A stretch of 64,000 bases of DNA from Eledone cirrhosa (Eukaryota). The notes below the pieces were generated by a model. The model did no database searches and had not been told where the DNA came from. It saw only the letters and a list, made by a program, of their open reading frames with translations. A program made the translations under genes and the position numbers. The number at the start of each line of letters is the position of its first letter. Position 1 is the first letter of the stretch. The DNA is taken from NCBI GenBank assembly GCA_964016885.1, contig OZ024743.1, positions 149,110,001 to 149,174,000 of the forward strand. The letters run 5' to 3'. Shown piece by piece: positions 1 through 18,000 of the stretch.

Positions 1-3000
1 CACCAGTAACATCACCTCAACTACCACCACCACCACCAGTAACATCACCTCAACTACCACCACCACCAGTAACATCACCTCAACTACCACCACCACCAGT
101 AACATCACCTCAACTACCACCACCACCAGTAACATCATCTCAACTACCCCCACCACCAGTAACAACATCACCTCAACTACCACGACCACCAGTAACATCA
201 CCTCAACTACCAACACCACCATTAACATCACCTCAACTACCACCACCACCTGTAACATCACCCCAACTCCCACCACCACCAGTAACAACATCACCTCAAC
301 TACCACCACCACCTGTAACATCACCCCAAGTACCACCACCACCAGTAACATCACCTCATTTACCACCACCACCAGTAACAACATCACCTCAACTACCACC
401 ACCACCAGTAACTTCACCTCAACTACCACCACCACCAGTAACATCACCTCAACTACCACCACCACCAGTAACATCACCTCAACTACCACCACCGGTAACA
501 ACACCTCATCCACCACCACCACCAGTAACATCACCTCAACTACCACCACCACCAGTAACATCACCTCAACTACCACCACCACCAGTAACAACACCTCATC
601 CACCACCACCACCAGTAACATTACCTCAACTACCACCACCACCAGTAACAACACCTCAACTACCACCACCACCAGTAACATCACCTCAACCACCACCACC
701 ACCAGTAATATCACCACAACTACCACCACCACCAGTAACATCACCTCAACTACCACCACCACCACCAATAACATCACCTCAACTACCACCACCACCAGTA
801 ACATCACCTCAACTACCACCACCACCAGTAACATCACCTCAACTACCACCACCAGTAACATCACCTCAACTACCACCACCACCAGTAACATCACCTCAAC
901 TCCCACCATCACCAGTAACATCACCTCAACTACCACCATCACCAGTAACATCACCTCAACTACCACCACCACCAGTAACATCACCTCAACTACCACCATC
1001 ACCAGTAACATCACCTCAACTACCACCACCACCAATAACATCACCTCAACTACCACCACCACCAGTAACAACATCACCTCGACTACCACCACCACCAGTA
1101 ACATCACCTCAACTACCACCACCACCAGTAACATCACCTCAACTACCACCACCACCAGTAACATCCCCTCAACTACCACCACCACCAGTAACATCACCTC
1201 AACCACCACCACCACCAGTAACAGCACCTCAACTACCACCACCACCAGTAACAGCACCTCAACTCCCACCACCACCAGTAACATCACCTCAACTACCACC
1301 ACCACCAGTAACAACATCACCTGAACTACCACCACCACCAGTAACATCAACTCAACCACCACCACCACCAGTAACAACATCACCTCAACTACCACCACCA
1401 CCAGTAACATCACCTCAACTACCACCACCACCAGTAACAACATCACCTCAACTACCACCTCCACCAGTAACAACATCACCTCAACTACAACCACCACTAG
1501 TAACATCACCTCAAATACCACCACCACCAGTAACATCACCTCAACTACAACCACCAACAATAACATTACCTCAACTACCACCACACCAGTAACATCACCT
1601 CAACTACAACCACCACCAGTAACATCACCTCAACTACCACCACACCAGTAACATCACCTCAACTACAACCACCACCAGTAACATCACCTCAACTACCCCC
1701 ACCACCAGTAACATCACCTCAACTACCACCACCACCAGTAACATCACCTCAACTACAACCATCACCAGTAACATCACCTCAACTACCACCACCACCAGTA
1801 ACATCACCTCAACTACCACCACCACCAGTAACATCACCTCAACTACAACCACCACGAGTAACATCACCTCAACTACCACCACCACCAGTAACATCACCTC
1901 AACTACAACCACCACCAGTAACAACACCACAACTACCACCACCACCAGTAACATCACCTCAACTACCACCACCACCAGTAACATCACCTCAACTACCACC
2001 ACCACCAGTAACATCACCTCAACTACCACCACCACCAGTAACAACATCACCTCAACCACCACCACCACCAGTAACATCACCTCAACCACCACCACCACCA
2101 GTAACAACACCACAACTACCACCACCACCAGTAACATCACCTCAACTACCACCACCAACAGTAACATCACCTCAACTACCACCACCACCAGTAACATCAC
2201 CTCAACCACCACCACCACCAGTAATATCACCTCAACCACCACCACCACCAGTAACAACATCACCTCAACCACCACCACCACCAGTAACATCACCTCAACC
2301 ACCACCACCACCAGTAACATCACCTCAACCACCACCACCACCAGTAATATCACCTCAACCACCACCACCACCAGTAACAACATCACCTCAACCACCACCA
2401 CCACCAGTAACATCACCTCAACCACCACCACCACCAGTAACAACATCACCTCAACCACCACCACCACCAGTAATATCACCTCAACTACCACCACCACCAG
2501 TAACATCACCTCAACTACCACCACCACCAGTAATATCGCCTCAACTACCACCACCACCAGTAACATCACCTCAACTACCACCACCACCAGTAACATCACC
2601 TCAACTACCACCACCACCAGTAACATCACCTCAACTACCACCACCACCAGTAACATCACCTCAACTACCACCACCACCAGTAACATCACCTCAACCACCA
2701 CCACCACCAGTAACAACATCACCTCAACCACCACCACCAGTAACATCACCTCAACCAGCACCATCACCAGTAACATCACCTCAACTACCACCACCACCAA
2801 TAACATCACCTCAACTACCACCACCACCAGTAACATCACCCCAACCACCACCACCACCAGTAACATCAGCTCAACTACCACCACCACCACCAGTAACATC
2901 ACCTCAACTACCACCACCACCAGTAACATCACCTCAACTACCACCACCACCAGTAACATCACCTCAACTACCACCACCACCACCAGTAACATCACCTCAA

Positions 3001-6000
3001 CTACCACCACCACCAGTAACATCACCTCAACTACCACCACCACCAGTAACATCACCTCAACTACCACCACCACCAGTAACATCATCTCAACTACCACCAC
3101 CACCAGTAACATCATCTCAACTACCCCCACCACCAGTAACAACATCACCTCAACTACCACCACCACCAGTAACTTCACCTCAACTACCACCACCACCAGT
3201 AACATCACCTCAACTACCACCACCACCAGTAACATCACCTCAACTACCACCACCGGTAACAACACCTCATCCACCACCACCACCAGTAACATCACCTCAA
3301 CTACCACCACCACCAGTAACATCACCTCAACTACCACCACCACCAGTAACAACACCTCATCCACCACCACCACCAGTAACATTACCTCAACTACCACCAC
3401 CACCAGTAACAACACCTCAACTACCACCACCACCAGTAACATCACCTCAACCACCACCACCACCAGTAATATCACCACAACTACCACCACCACCAGTAAC
3501 ATCACCTCAACTACCACCATCACCAGTAACCACATCACCTCAACCACTACTACCGCCAGTAACAACATCACCTCAACTACCACCACCACCAGTAACATCA
3601 CCTCAACTACCACCACCACCACCAGTAACATCACCTCAACTACCACCACCACCAGTAACATCACCTCAACTACCACCACCACCAGTAACATCACCTCAAC
3701 CACCACCACCACCAGTAACATCACCTCAACTACCACCACCACCAGTAACATCACCTCAACTACCACCACCACCAGTAACATCACCTCAACCACCAACACC
3801 ACCAGTAACATCACCCCAACTACCACCACCACCAGTAACATCACCTCGACTACCTCCACCACCACCAGTAACAACATCACCTAAACTACCAACACAACCA
3901 GTAACATCACCCCAACTACCACCACCACCAGTAGCAACACCTCAACTACCACCACCACCAGTAACATCACCTCCACTACCACCACCAGTAACATCACCTC
4001 AACTACCACCACCAGTAACATCACCTCAACTACCACCACCACCAGTAACATCACCTCAACTACCACCACCACCAGTAATATCACCTCAACTACCACCACC
4101 ACCAGTAACAACACCTCAACTACCACCACCACCAGTAACATCACCTCAACTACCACCACCACCAGTAACAACATCACCTCAACCGCAACCACCACCAGTA
4201 ATATCACCTCAACTACCACCACCACCAGTAACAACACCTCAACTACCACCAGTAACACCACCTCAACTACCACCACCACCAGTAACAACACCTCAACTAC
4301 CACCACCACCACCAGTAACATCACCTCAACTACCACCACCACCAGTAACAACACCTCAACTACCACCACCAGTAACATCACCTCAACAACCACCACCAGT
4401 AACATCATCTCAACTACCACCACCACCAGTAACAACATCACCTCAACCGCCACCACCACCAGTAATATCACCTCAACTACCACCACTACCAGTAACAACA
4501 CCTCAACTACCACCAGTAACATCACCTCAACTACCACCACCACCAGTAACAACACCTCAACTACCACCACCAGTAACATCACCTCAACTACCACCACCAG
4601 TAACATCACCTCAATTACCACCACCACCAGTAACAACACCTCAACTACCACCACCAGTAACATCACCTCAACTACCACCACCACCAGTAACATCACCTCA
4701 ACTACCACCACCAGTAACATCACCTCAACTACCACCACCACCAGTAACATCACCTCAACTACCACCACCACCAGTAACATCACCTCAACTACCACCACCA
4801 CCAGTAACAACACCTCATCCACCACCACCACCAGTAACATCACCTCAACCACCACCACCACCAGTAATATCACCTCAATTACCACCACCACCAGTAACAA
4901 CACCTCAACTACCACCACCAGTAACATCACCTCAACTACCACCACCAGTAACATCACCTCAACTACCACCACCACCAGTAACAATACCTCAACTACCACC
5001 ACCACCAGTAACATCACCTCAACTACCACCACCACCAGTAACATCACCTCAACTACCACCACCACCACCAGTAACATCACCTCCACTACCACCACCACCA
5101 GTAACATCACCTCAACTACCACCACCACCAGTAACATCACCTCCACTACCACCACCACCAGTAACATCACCTCAACTACCACCACCAACAGTAACAACAC
5201 CTCATCCACCACCACCACCAGTAACATCACCTCAACTACCACCACCACCACCAGTAACATCACCTCAACTACCACCACCACCAGTAACATCACCTCAACC
5301 ACCACCACCACCAGTAATATCACCTCAATTACCACCACCACCAGTAACATCACTTCCACTACCACCACTACCAGTAACAATACCTCAACTACCACCACCA
5401 CCAGTAACATCACCTCAACTACCACCACCACCAGTAACATCACCTCCACTACCACCACCACCAGTAACATCACCTCAACTACCACCACCACCAGTAACAT
5501 CACCTCCACTACCACCACCACTAGTAACATCACCTCAACTACCACCACCACCAGTAACATCACCTCAACTACCACCACCACCAGTAACAACATCTCAACT
5601 ACCACCACCACCAGTAACATCACCTCAACTACCACCAACACCAGTAACATCACCTCAACTACCACCAGCACCAGTAACAACACCACAACTACCACCACCA
5701 CCAGTAACATCACCTCAACTACCACCACCACCAGTAACATCACCTCCACTACCACCACCACCAGTAACATCACCTCAACTACCACCACCACCAGTAACAT
5801 CACCTCAACTACCACCACCACCAGTAACATCACCTCAACTACCACCACCACCAGTAACATCACCTCAACTACCACCACCACCAGTAACATCACCTCAACT
5901 ACCACCACCACCAGTAACAACATCTCAACTACCACCACCACCAGTAACATCACCTCAACTACCACCACCACCAGTAACAACACCTCAACTACCACCACCA

Positions 6001-9000
6001 TCAGTAACATCACCTCAACTACCACCACCACCAGTAACAACACCTCAACTACCACCACCACCAGTAACAACATCTCAACTACCACCACCACCAGTAACAT
6101 CACCTCAACTACCACCACCACCAGTAACATCACCTCAACTACCCCCATGACAAGTAACATCACCTCAACCACCACCACCACCAGTAACATCACCTCAACT
6201 ACCACCACCACCAGTAACAACATCACCTCAACTACCACCACCACTGGTAACATCACCTCAACTACCACCACCACCAGTAACATCACCTCAACTACCACCA
6301 CCACCAGTAACATCACCTCAACTACCACCACCACCAGTAACATCACCTCAACTACCACCACCACCAGTAACAACATCTCAACTACCACCACCACCAGTAA
6401 CATCACCTCAACTACCACCACCACCAGTAACAACACCTCAACTACCACCACCATCAGTAACATCACCTCAACTACCACCACCACCAGTAACAACACCTCA
6501 ACTACCACCACCACCAGTAACAACATCTCAACTACCACCACCACCAGTAACATCACCTCAACTACCACCACCACCAGTAACATCACCTCAACTACCCCCA
6601 TGACAAGTAACATCACCTCAACCACCACCACCACCAGTAACATCACCTCAACTACCACCACCACCAGTAACAACATCACCTCAACTACCACCACCACTGG
6701 TAACATCACCTCAACTACCACCACCACCAGTAACATCACCTCAACTACCACCACCACCAGTAACATCAGCTCAACTACCACCACCACCAGTAACAACATC
6801 ACCTCAACTACCACCACCACCAGTAACATCACCTCAACTACCACCACCACCAGTAACATCACCTCAACTACCACCACCACCAGTAACATCACCCCAACTA
6901 CTACCACCACCAGTAACATCACCTCAACTACCACCACCACCATTAACATCACCTCAACTACCACCACCACCAGTAACATCACCTCCACTACCACCACCAC
7001 CAGTAACAACATCACCTCAACCACTACCACCACCAGTAACATCACCTCAACCACCACCACCACCAGTAACATCACCTCATCCACCACCACCACCAGTAAC
7101 AACATCACCTCAACCACCACCACCACCAGTACCATCACCTCAACCACCACCACCACCAGTAACATCACCTCAACCACCACCACCACCAGTAACATCACCT
7201 CAAATACCACCACCACCAGTAACATCACCTCAACTTCCACCACCACCAATAACATCACCTCAACTACCACCACCACCAGTAACTTCACCTCAACTACCAC
7301 CACCACCAGTAACAACACCTCAACTACCACCACCACCAGTAACATCACCTCAACTACCACCACCAGTAACATCACCTCAACCACCACCACCACCTGTAAC
7401 ATCAACTGCACTACCACCACCACCAGTAACATGACATCAACCACCACCACCAGCAGTAACAAAAGCACCTCAACTACCACCACCGCCAATAACATCACCT
7501 CAACTACCACCACCTCCAGTAACATCACCTCAACTACCACCACCACCAGTAACATCACCTCAACTGCCACCACCACCAGTAACATCACCTCAACTACCAC
7601 CACCACCAGTAACAACATCACCTCAACTACCACCACCACCAGTAACATCACCTCAACTACCACCACCAGTAACATCACCTCAACTACCACCACCACCAAT
7701 AACATCACCTCATCCACCACCACCACCAGTAACAACATCACCTCAACCACCACCACCACCAGTACCATCACCTCAACCACCACCACCACCAGTAACATCA
7801 CCTCAACCACCACCACCACCAGTAACATCACCTCAAATACCACCACCACCAGTAACATCACCTCAACTTCCACCACCACCAATAACATCACCTCAACTAC
7901 CACCACCACCAGTAACATCAACTCAACTACCACCACCACCAGTAACATCAGCTCAACTACCACCACCACCAGTAACATCACCTAAACTACCACCACCAGT
8001 AACATCAGCTCAACTACCACCACCACCAGTAACATCACCTTAACTACCACCACCACCAGTAACATCACCTCAACTACCACCACCACCAATAACATCACCT
8101 CAACTACCACCACCACCAGTAACATCACCCCAACTACCACCACCACCACCAGTAACATCACCTCAACTACCACCACCACCAGTAACATCACCTCAACTAC
8201 CACCACCACCAGTAACAACATCACCTCAACTACCACCACCACCAATAACATCACCTCAACTACCACCACCACCAATAACATCACCTCAACTACCACCACC
8301 ACCAGTAACATCACCTCAACTACCACCACCACCATTAACATCACCTCAACTACCACCACCACCAGTAACATCACCTCAACTACCACCATCAGTAACATCA
8401 CCTCAACTGCCACCACCACCAGTAACATCACCTCAACTACCACCACCACCAGTAACATCACCTCAACTACCACCACCACCAGTAACATCACCTCAACTAC
8501 CACCACAACCAGTAACATCACCCCAACTACCACCACCACCACCAGTAACATCACCTCAACTACCACCACCACCAGTAACATCGCCTCAACCACCACCACC
8601 AGTAACATCACCTCAACTGCCACCACCACCAGTAACATCACCTCAACTACCAACATCACCAGTAACATCACCTCAACTACCACCACCACCAGTAACATCA
8701 CCTCAATTACCACCACCACCAGTAACATCACCTCCACTACCACCACCACCAGTAACAACATCACCTCAACCACCACCACCACTGGTAACATCACCTCAAC
8801 TACCACCACCGCCAGTAACATCACCTCAACTCCCACCATCACCAGTAACATCACCTCAACTACCACCACCACCAGTAGCATCACCTCAACTACCACCACC
8901 ACCAGTAACATCACCTCACCTACCACCATCACCAGTAACATCACCTCAACTACCACCACCACCAGTAACATCACCTCAACTACCACCACCGCCAGTAACA

Positions 9001-12000
9001 TCACCTCAACTACCACCACCACCAGTAACATCACCTCAACTACCACCACCACCAGTAACATCACCTCAACTACCACCACCGCCAGTAACATCACCTCATC
9101 TACCACCACCACCAGTAACATCACCTCAACTACCACCACCACCAGTAATATCACCTCAACTACCACCACCAGTAACATCACCTCAACCACCACCACCACC
9201 AGTAACAACATCACCTCAACTACCACCACCACCGGTAACATCACCCCAACTACCACCACCGCCAGTAACATCACCTCAACTACCACCACCACCAGTAACA
9301 TCACCTCAACTCCCACCATCACCAGTAACATCACCTCAACTACCACCACCACCAGTAACATCACCTCAACTACCACCACCACCAGTAACAACACCTCAAC
9401 TACCACCACCACCAGTAACATCACCTCAACTACCACCACCACCAGTAACAACACCTCAACTCCCACCATCACCAGTAACATCACCTCAACTACCACCACC
9501 ACCAGTAACATCACCTCAACTACCACCACCACCAGTAACAACACCTCAACTACCACCACCACCAGTAACATCACCTCAACTCCCACCATCACCCGTAACA
9601 TCACCTCAACTACCACCACCAACAGTAACATCACCTCAACTACCACCACCACTGGTAACATCACCTCAACTACCACCACCACCAGTAACATCACCTCAAC
9701 TACCACCACCACCAGTAACATCACCTCAACTACCGCCACCACCAATAACATCACCTCAACCACCACCACCACCAGTAACATCACCCCAACTACCACCACC
9801 TGCAGTAACAACATCATCTGAACTACCACCACCACCAGTAACATCAGCTCAACCACCACCACCACCAGTAACATCACCTCAACTACCACCACCACCAGTA
9901 ACAACATCACCTCAACTACCAACACCACCAGTAACATCACCTCAACTACCAACACCACCAGTAACATCACGTCAACTACTCCCACCACCTGTAACATCAC
10001 CTCAACTACCACCACCACCAGTAACATCACCTCAACTACCACCACCACCACCAGTAACATCACCTCAAACACCACCACCACCAGTAACAACATCACCTCA
10101 ACCACCACCACCACCAGTAACATCACCTCAACTACCACCACCACCAGTAACATCACATCAACCACCGCCACCACCAGTAACAACATCACCTCAACTACCA
10201 CCACCACCAGTAACATCACCTCAACTACCACCAGCACCACCAGTAACATCACCTCAACTACCACCACCACCAGTAACAACACCTCAACTACCACCACCAC
10301 CAGTAACATCACCTGCACTACCACCACCACCACCAGTAACATCACTTCAACTACCACCACCACCACCAGTAACAACATCACCTCCACTAACACCCCCACC
10401 TGTAACATCACCTCAACTACCACCACCACCAGTAACATCACCTCAACTACCACCACCACCAGTAACATCACCTCAACTACCACCACCAGTAACGTCACCT
10501 CAACTACCACCACCACCAATAACATCAACTCAACTACCACCACCACCAGTAACATCAACTCAACTACCACCACCACCAGTAACATCAGCTCAACTACCAC
10601 CACCACCAGTAACATCACCTAAACTACCACCACCAGTAACATCAGCTCAACTACCACCACCACCAGTAACATCACCTTAACTACCACCACCACCAGTAAC
10701 ATCACCTCAACTACCACCACCACCAATAACATCACCTCAACTACCACCACCACCAGTAACATCACCCCAACTACCACCACCACCACCAGTAACATCACCT
10801 CAACTACCACCACAACCAGTAACATCACCTCAACTACCACCACCACCAGTAACAACATCACCTCAACTACCACCACCACCAATAACATCACCTCAACTAC
10901 CACCACCACCAATAACATCACCTCAACTACCACCACCACCAGTAACATCACCTCAACTACCACCACCACCATTAACATCACCTCAACTACCACCACCACC
11001 AGTAACATCACCTCAACTACCACCATCACTAACATCACCTCAACTGCCACCACCACCAGTAACATCACCTCAACTACCACCACCACCAGTAACATCACCT
11101 CAACTACCACCACCACCAGTAACATCACCTCAACTACCACCACAACCAGTAACATCACCCCAACTACCACCACCACCACCAGTAACATCACCTCAACTAC
11201 CACCACCACCAGTAACATCGCCTCAACCACCACCACCAGTAACATCACCTCAACTGCCACCACCACCAGTAACATCACCTCAACTACCAACATCACCAGT
11301 AACATCACCTCAACTACCACCACCACCAGTAACATCACCTCAACTACCACCACCACCAGTAACAACACCTCAACTACCACCACCACCAGTAACATCACCT
11401 CAACTCCCACCATCACCCGTAACATCACCTCAACTACCACCACCAACAGTAACATCACCTCAACTACCACCACCACTGGTAACATCACCTCAACTACCAC
11501 CACCACCAGTAACATCACCTCAACTACCACCACCACCAGTAACATCACCTCAACTACCGCCACCACCAATAACATCACCTCAACCACCACCACCACCAGT
11601 AACATCACCCCAACTACCACCACCACCAGTAACATCACCTCACCTACCACCATCACCAGTAACATCACCTCAACTACCACCACCGCCAGTAACATCACCT
11701 CAACTCCCACCATCACCAGTAACATCACCTCAACTACCACCACCACCAGTAACATCACCTCAACTACCACCACCACCAGTAACATCACCTCAACTACCAC
11801 CACCACCAGTAACATCACCTCAACTACCACCACCGCCAGTAACATCACCTCAACTACCACCACCACCAGTAACATCACCTCAACTACCACCACCGCCAGT
11901 AACATCACCTCAACTACCACCACCACCAGTAACATCACCTCAACTACCACCACCACCAGTAACATCACCTCAACTACCACCACCGCCAGTAACATCACCT

Positions 12001-15000
12001 CATCTACCACCACCACCAGTAACATCACCTCAACTACCACCACCACCAGTAATATCACCTCAACTACCACCACCAGTAACATCACCTCAACCACCACCAC
12101 CACCAGTAACAACATCACCTCAACTACCACCACCACCGGTAACATCACCCCAACTACCACCACCGCCAGTAACATCACCTCAACTACCACCACCACCAGT
12201 AACATCACCTCAACTCCCACCATCACCCGTAACATCACCTCAACTACCACCACCAACAGTAACATCACCTCAACTACCACCACCACTGGTAACATCACCT
12301 CAACTACCACCACCACCAGTAACATCACCTCAACTACCACCACCACCAGTAACATCACCTCAACTACCGCCACCACCAATAACATCACCTCAACCACCAC
12401 CACCACCAGTAACATCACCCCAACTACCACCACCTGCAGTAACAACATCATCTGAACTACCACCACCACCAGTAACATCAGCTCAACCACCACCACCACC
12501 AGTAACATCACCTCAACTACCACCACCACCAGTAACAACATCACCTCAACTACCAACACCACCAGTAACATCACCTCAACTACCAACACCACCAGTAACA
12601 TCACGTCAACTACTCCCACCACCTGTAACATCACCTCAACTACCACCACCACCAGTAACATCACCTCAACTACCACCACCACCACCAGTAACATCACCTC
12701 AAACACCACCACCACCAGTAACAACATCACCTCAACCACCACCACCACCAGTAACATCACCTCAACTACCACCACCACCAGTAACATCACATCAACCACC
12801 GCCACCACCAGTAACAACATCACCTCAACTACCACCACCACCAGTAACATCACCTCAACTACCACCAGCACCACCAGTAACATCACCTCAACTACCACCA
12901 CCACCAGTAACAACACCTCAACTACCACCACCACCAGTAACATCACCTGCACTACCACCACCACCACCAGTAACATCACTTCAACTACCACCACCACCAC
13001 CAGTAACAACATCACCTCCACTAACACCCCCACCTGTAACATCACCTCAACTACCACCACCACCAGTAACATCACCTCAACTACCACCACCTCCAGTAAC
13101 ATCACCTCCACTACCACCACCACCATCAGTAACATCAACTCAACCACCACCACCACCAGTAACATCAGCTCAACTTCCACCACCACCATCAGAAACATCA
13201 ACTCAACCACCACCACCACCTGTAACATCACCTGCACTACCACCACCACCAGTAACATGACATCAACCACCACCACCACCAGTAACAAAAGCACCTCAAC
13301 TACCACCACCGCCAGTAACATCACCTCAACTACCACCACCTCCAGTAACATCACCTCAACTCCCACCATCACCAGTAACATCACCTCAAATACCACCACC
13401 ACCAGTAACATCACCTCAACTACCACCACCACCAGTAACATCACCTCAACTACCATCACCACCAGTAACATCACCTCAACTACCACCACCACCAGTAACA
13501 TCACCTCAACTACCACCACCGCCAGTAACATCACCTCAAATACCACCACCACCAGTAACATCACCTCAACTACCACCACCACCAGTAACATCACCTCAAC
13601 TACCACCACAACCAGTAACTTCACCTCAACTACAACCAACACCAGTAACATCACCTCAACTACCAACATCACCAGTAACATCACCTCAACTACCACCACC
13701 ACCAGTAACATCACCTCAACTACCACCACCACCAGTAACAACATCACCTCAACTACCACCACCACCAGTAACATCACCTCAACTACCACCACCACCAGTA
13801 ACATCACCTCAACTACCACCATCACCAGTAACCACATCACCTCAACCACTACCACCGCCAGTAACAACATCACCTCAACTACCACCACCACCAGTAACAT
13901 CACCTCAACTACCACCACCACCACCAGTAACATCACCTCAACTACCACCACCACCAGTAACAGCACCTCAACCACCACCACCACCAGTAACATCACCTCA
14001 ACTACCACCACCACCAGTAACATCACCTCAACTACCACCACCACCAGTAACATCACCTCAACCACCAACACCACCAGTAACATCACCCCAACTACCACCA
14101 CCACCAGTAACATCACCTCGACTACCACCACCACCACCAGTAACAACATCACCTAAACTACCAACACAACCAGTAACATCACCCCAACTACCACCACCAC
14201 CAGTAGCAACACCTCAACTACCACCACCACCAGTAACATCACCTCCACTACCACCACCACCAGTAACATCACCTCAACTACCACCACCGGTAACAACACC
14301 TCATCCACCACCACCACCAGTAACAACACCTCATCCACCACCACCACCAGTAACATCACCTCAACTACCACCACCACCAGTAACATCACCTCAACTACCA
14401 CCACCACCAGTAACATCACCTCAACTACCACCACCACCAGTAACATCACCTCAACTACCACCACCACCAGTAACATCACCTCAACTACCACCACCACCAC
14501 CAGTAACATCACCTCAACTACCACCACCACCAGTAACATCACCTCAACTACCACCACCACCAGTAACATCACCTCAACTACCACCACCACCAGTAACATC
14601 ACCTCAACTACCACCACCAGCTGTAACAACATCACCTCAACCACCACCACCGCCAGTAACATCACGTCAACTACCACCGCCACCATAACATCACCCCAAC
14701 TACCACCACCACCAGAACATCACCTCAACTACCACCACCACCAGTAACATCACCTCAACTACCACCACCACCAGTAACATCACCTCAACTACCACCACCA
14801 CCAGTAACATCACCTCAACTACCACCACCACCAGTAACATCACCTCAACTACCACCACCACCAGTAACATCACCCCAACTACCAACAGTAACATCACCCC
14901 AACTACCAACAGTAACATCACCTCAACTACCACCACCACCAGTAACATCACCTCAACTACCACCACCGCCAGTAACATCACCTCAACTACCACCATCACC

Positions 15001-18000
15001 AGTAACATCACTCTAACTACCACCACCACCAGTAACAACACCTCAACTACCACCACCACCACCAGTAACATCACCCCAACTACCACCACCACCAGTAACA
15101 TCACCTCGACTACCACCACCACCACCAGTAACAACATCACCTAAACTACCAACACAACCAGTAACATCACCCCAACTACCACCACCACCAGTAACAACAT
15201 CACCTCAACTACCACCACCACCAGTAACATCACCCCAAATACCACCACCACCAGTAACATCACCTCACCTACCACCACCACCAGTAACAACATCACCTCA
15301 ACCACCACCACCACTGGTAACATCACCCCAACTACCACCACCACCAGTAACATCACCTCAACTACCACCACCACCATTAACATCACCTCAACTACCACCA
15401 CCACCAGTAACATCACATCAACTACCACCACCACCACCAGTAACATCACCTCAACTACCACCACCACCAGTAACATCACCTCAACTACCACCACCACCAG
15501 TAACATCACCTCAACTACCACCACCACCACCAGTAGCAACACCTCAACTACTACCACCACCAGTAACATCACCTTAACTACCACCACCATTAACATCACC
15601 TCAACTACCACCACCACCACCAGTAGCAACACCTCAACTACTACCACCACCAGTAACATCACCTCAACTACCACCACCACCAGTAGCAACACCTCAACTA
15701 CTACCACCACCAGTAACATCACCTCAACTACCACCACCAGTAACATCACCTCAACTACAAACACCACCAGTAACATCACCTCAACTACCCCCACCACCAG
15801 TAACAACACCTCAACTACCACCACCACCAGTAACATCACCTCAACTACCACCACCACCAGTAACATCACCTCAACTACCACCACCACCAGTAATATCACC
15901 TCAATTACCACCACCACCAGTAACAACACCTCAACTACCACCACCACCAGTAACATCACCTCATTTACCACCACCACCAGTAACAACATCACCTCAACCC
16001 CCACCACCACCAGTAACATCACCTCAACTACCACCACCACCAGTAACATCACCTCAACTACCACCACCACCAGTAACAACATCACCTCAACCCCCACCAC
16101 CACCAGTAACATCACCTCAACTACCAACACCACCAGTAACAACACCTCATCCACCACCACCAGCAGTAACATCACCTCAACCACCACCACCACCAGTAAT
16201 ATCACCTCAATTACCACCACCACCAGTAACATCACTTCAACTACCACCACCACCAGTAACAATACCTCAACTACCACCACCACCAGTAACATCACCTCAA
16301 CTACCACCACCACCAGTAACATCACCTCCACTACCACCACCACCACCAGTAACATCACCTCAACTACCACCACCACCAGTAACATCACCTCAACTACCAC
16401 CACCACCAGTAACAACATCTCAACTACCACCACCACCAGTAATATCACCTCAACTACCACCACCACCAGTAACATCACCTCAACTACCACCATCACCAGT
16501 AACCACATCACCTCAACCACCACCACCACCAGTAACAACATCACCTCAACTACCACCACCACCAGTAACATCAACTCATCTACCACCACCACCAGTAACA
16601 TCACCTCAACCACCACCACCACCAGTAACATCACCTCAACTACCACCACCACCAGTAACATCACCTCAACTACCACCACCACCAGTAACAACATCACCTC
16701 AACCACCACCACCGCCAGTAACATCACGTCAACTACCACCACCACCATAACATCACCCCAACTACCACCACCAACAGAACATCACCTCAACTACCACCAC
16801 CACCAGTAACATCACCTCAACTACCACCACCACCAGTAACATCACCTCAACTACCACCACCACCAGTAACATCACCTCAACTACCACCACCACCAGTAAC
16901 ATCACCTCAACTACCACCACCACCAGTAACATCACCCCAACTACCACCAGTAACATCACCTCAACTACCACCACCGCCAGTAACATCACCTCAACTACCA
17001 CCACCACCAGTAACATCACCCCAACTCCCACCACCACCAGTAACATCACCTCAACTACCACCACCACCGGTAACATCACCTCAACTACCACCACCGCCAG
17101 TAACATCACCTCAACTACCACCATCACCAGTAACATCACCTCAACTACCACCACCACCAGTAACATTACCTCAACTACCACCACCACCAGTAACATCACC
17201 CCAACTACCACCGCCACCAGTAACAACACCTCAACTACCACCACCACCACCAGTAACATCACCCCAACTACCACCACCATCAGTAACATCACCTCGACTA
17301 CCACCACCACCACCAGTAACAACATCACCTAAACTACCAACACAACCAGTAACATCACCCCAACTACCACCACCACCAGTAACAACACCTCAACTACCAC
17401 CACCACCACCAGTAACATCACCCCAACTACCACCACCACCAGTAACATCACCTCGACTACCACCACCACCACCAGTAACAACATCACCTAAACTACCACC
17501 ACCACCAGTAACATCACCTCAACTACCACCACCACCAGTAACATCACCCCAAATACCACCACCACCAGTAACATCACCTCACCTACCACCACCACCAGTA
17601 ACAACATCACCTCAACCACCACCACCACTGGTAACATCACCCCAACTACCACCACCACCAGTAACATCACCTCAACTACCACCACCACCATTAACATCAC
17701 CTCAACTACCACCACCACCAGTAACATCACATCAACTACCACCACCACCACCAGTAACATCACCTCAACTACCACCACCACCAGTAACATCACCTCAACT
17801 ACCACCACCACCAGTAACATCACCTCAACTACCACCACCACCAGTAACAACACCTCAACTACCACCACCACCCGTAACATCACCTTAACTACCACCACCA
17901 GTAACATCACCTCAACTACCACCACCACCAGTAACAACATCTCAACTACCACCACCACCAGTAACATCACCTCAACTACCACCACCACCACCAGTAACAT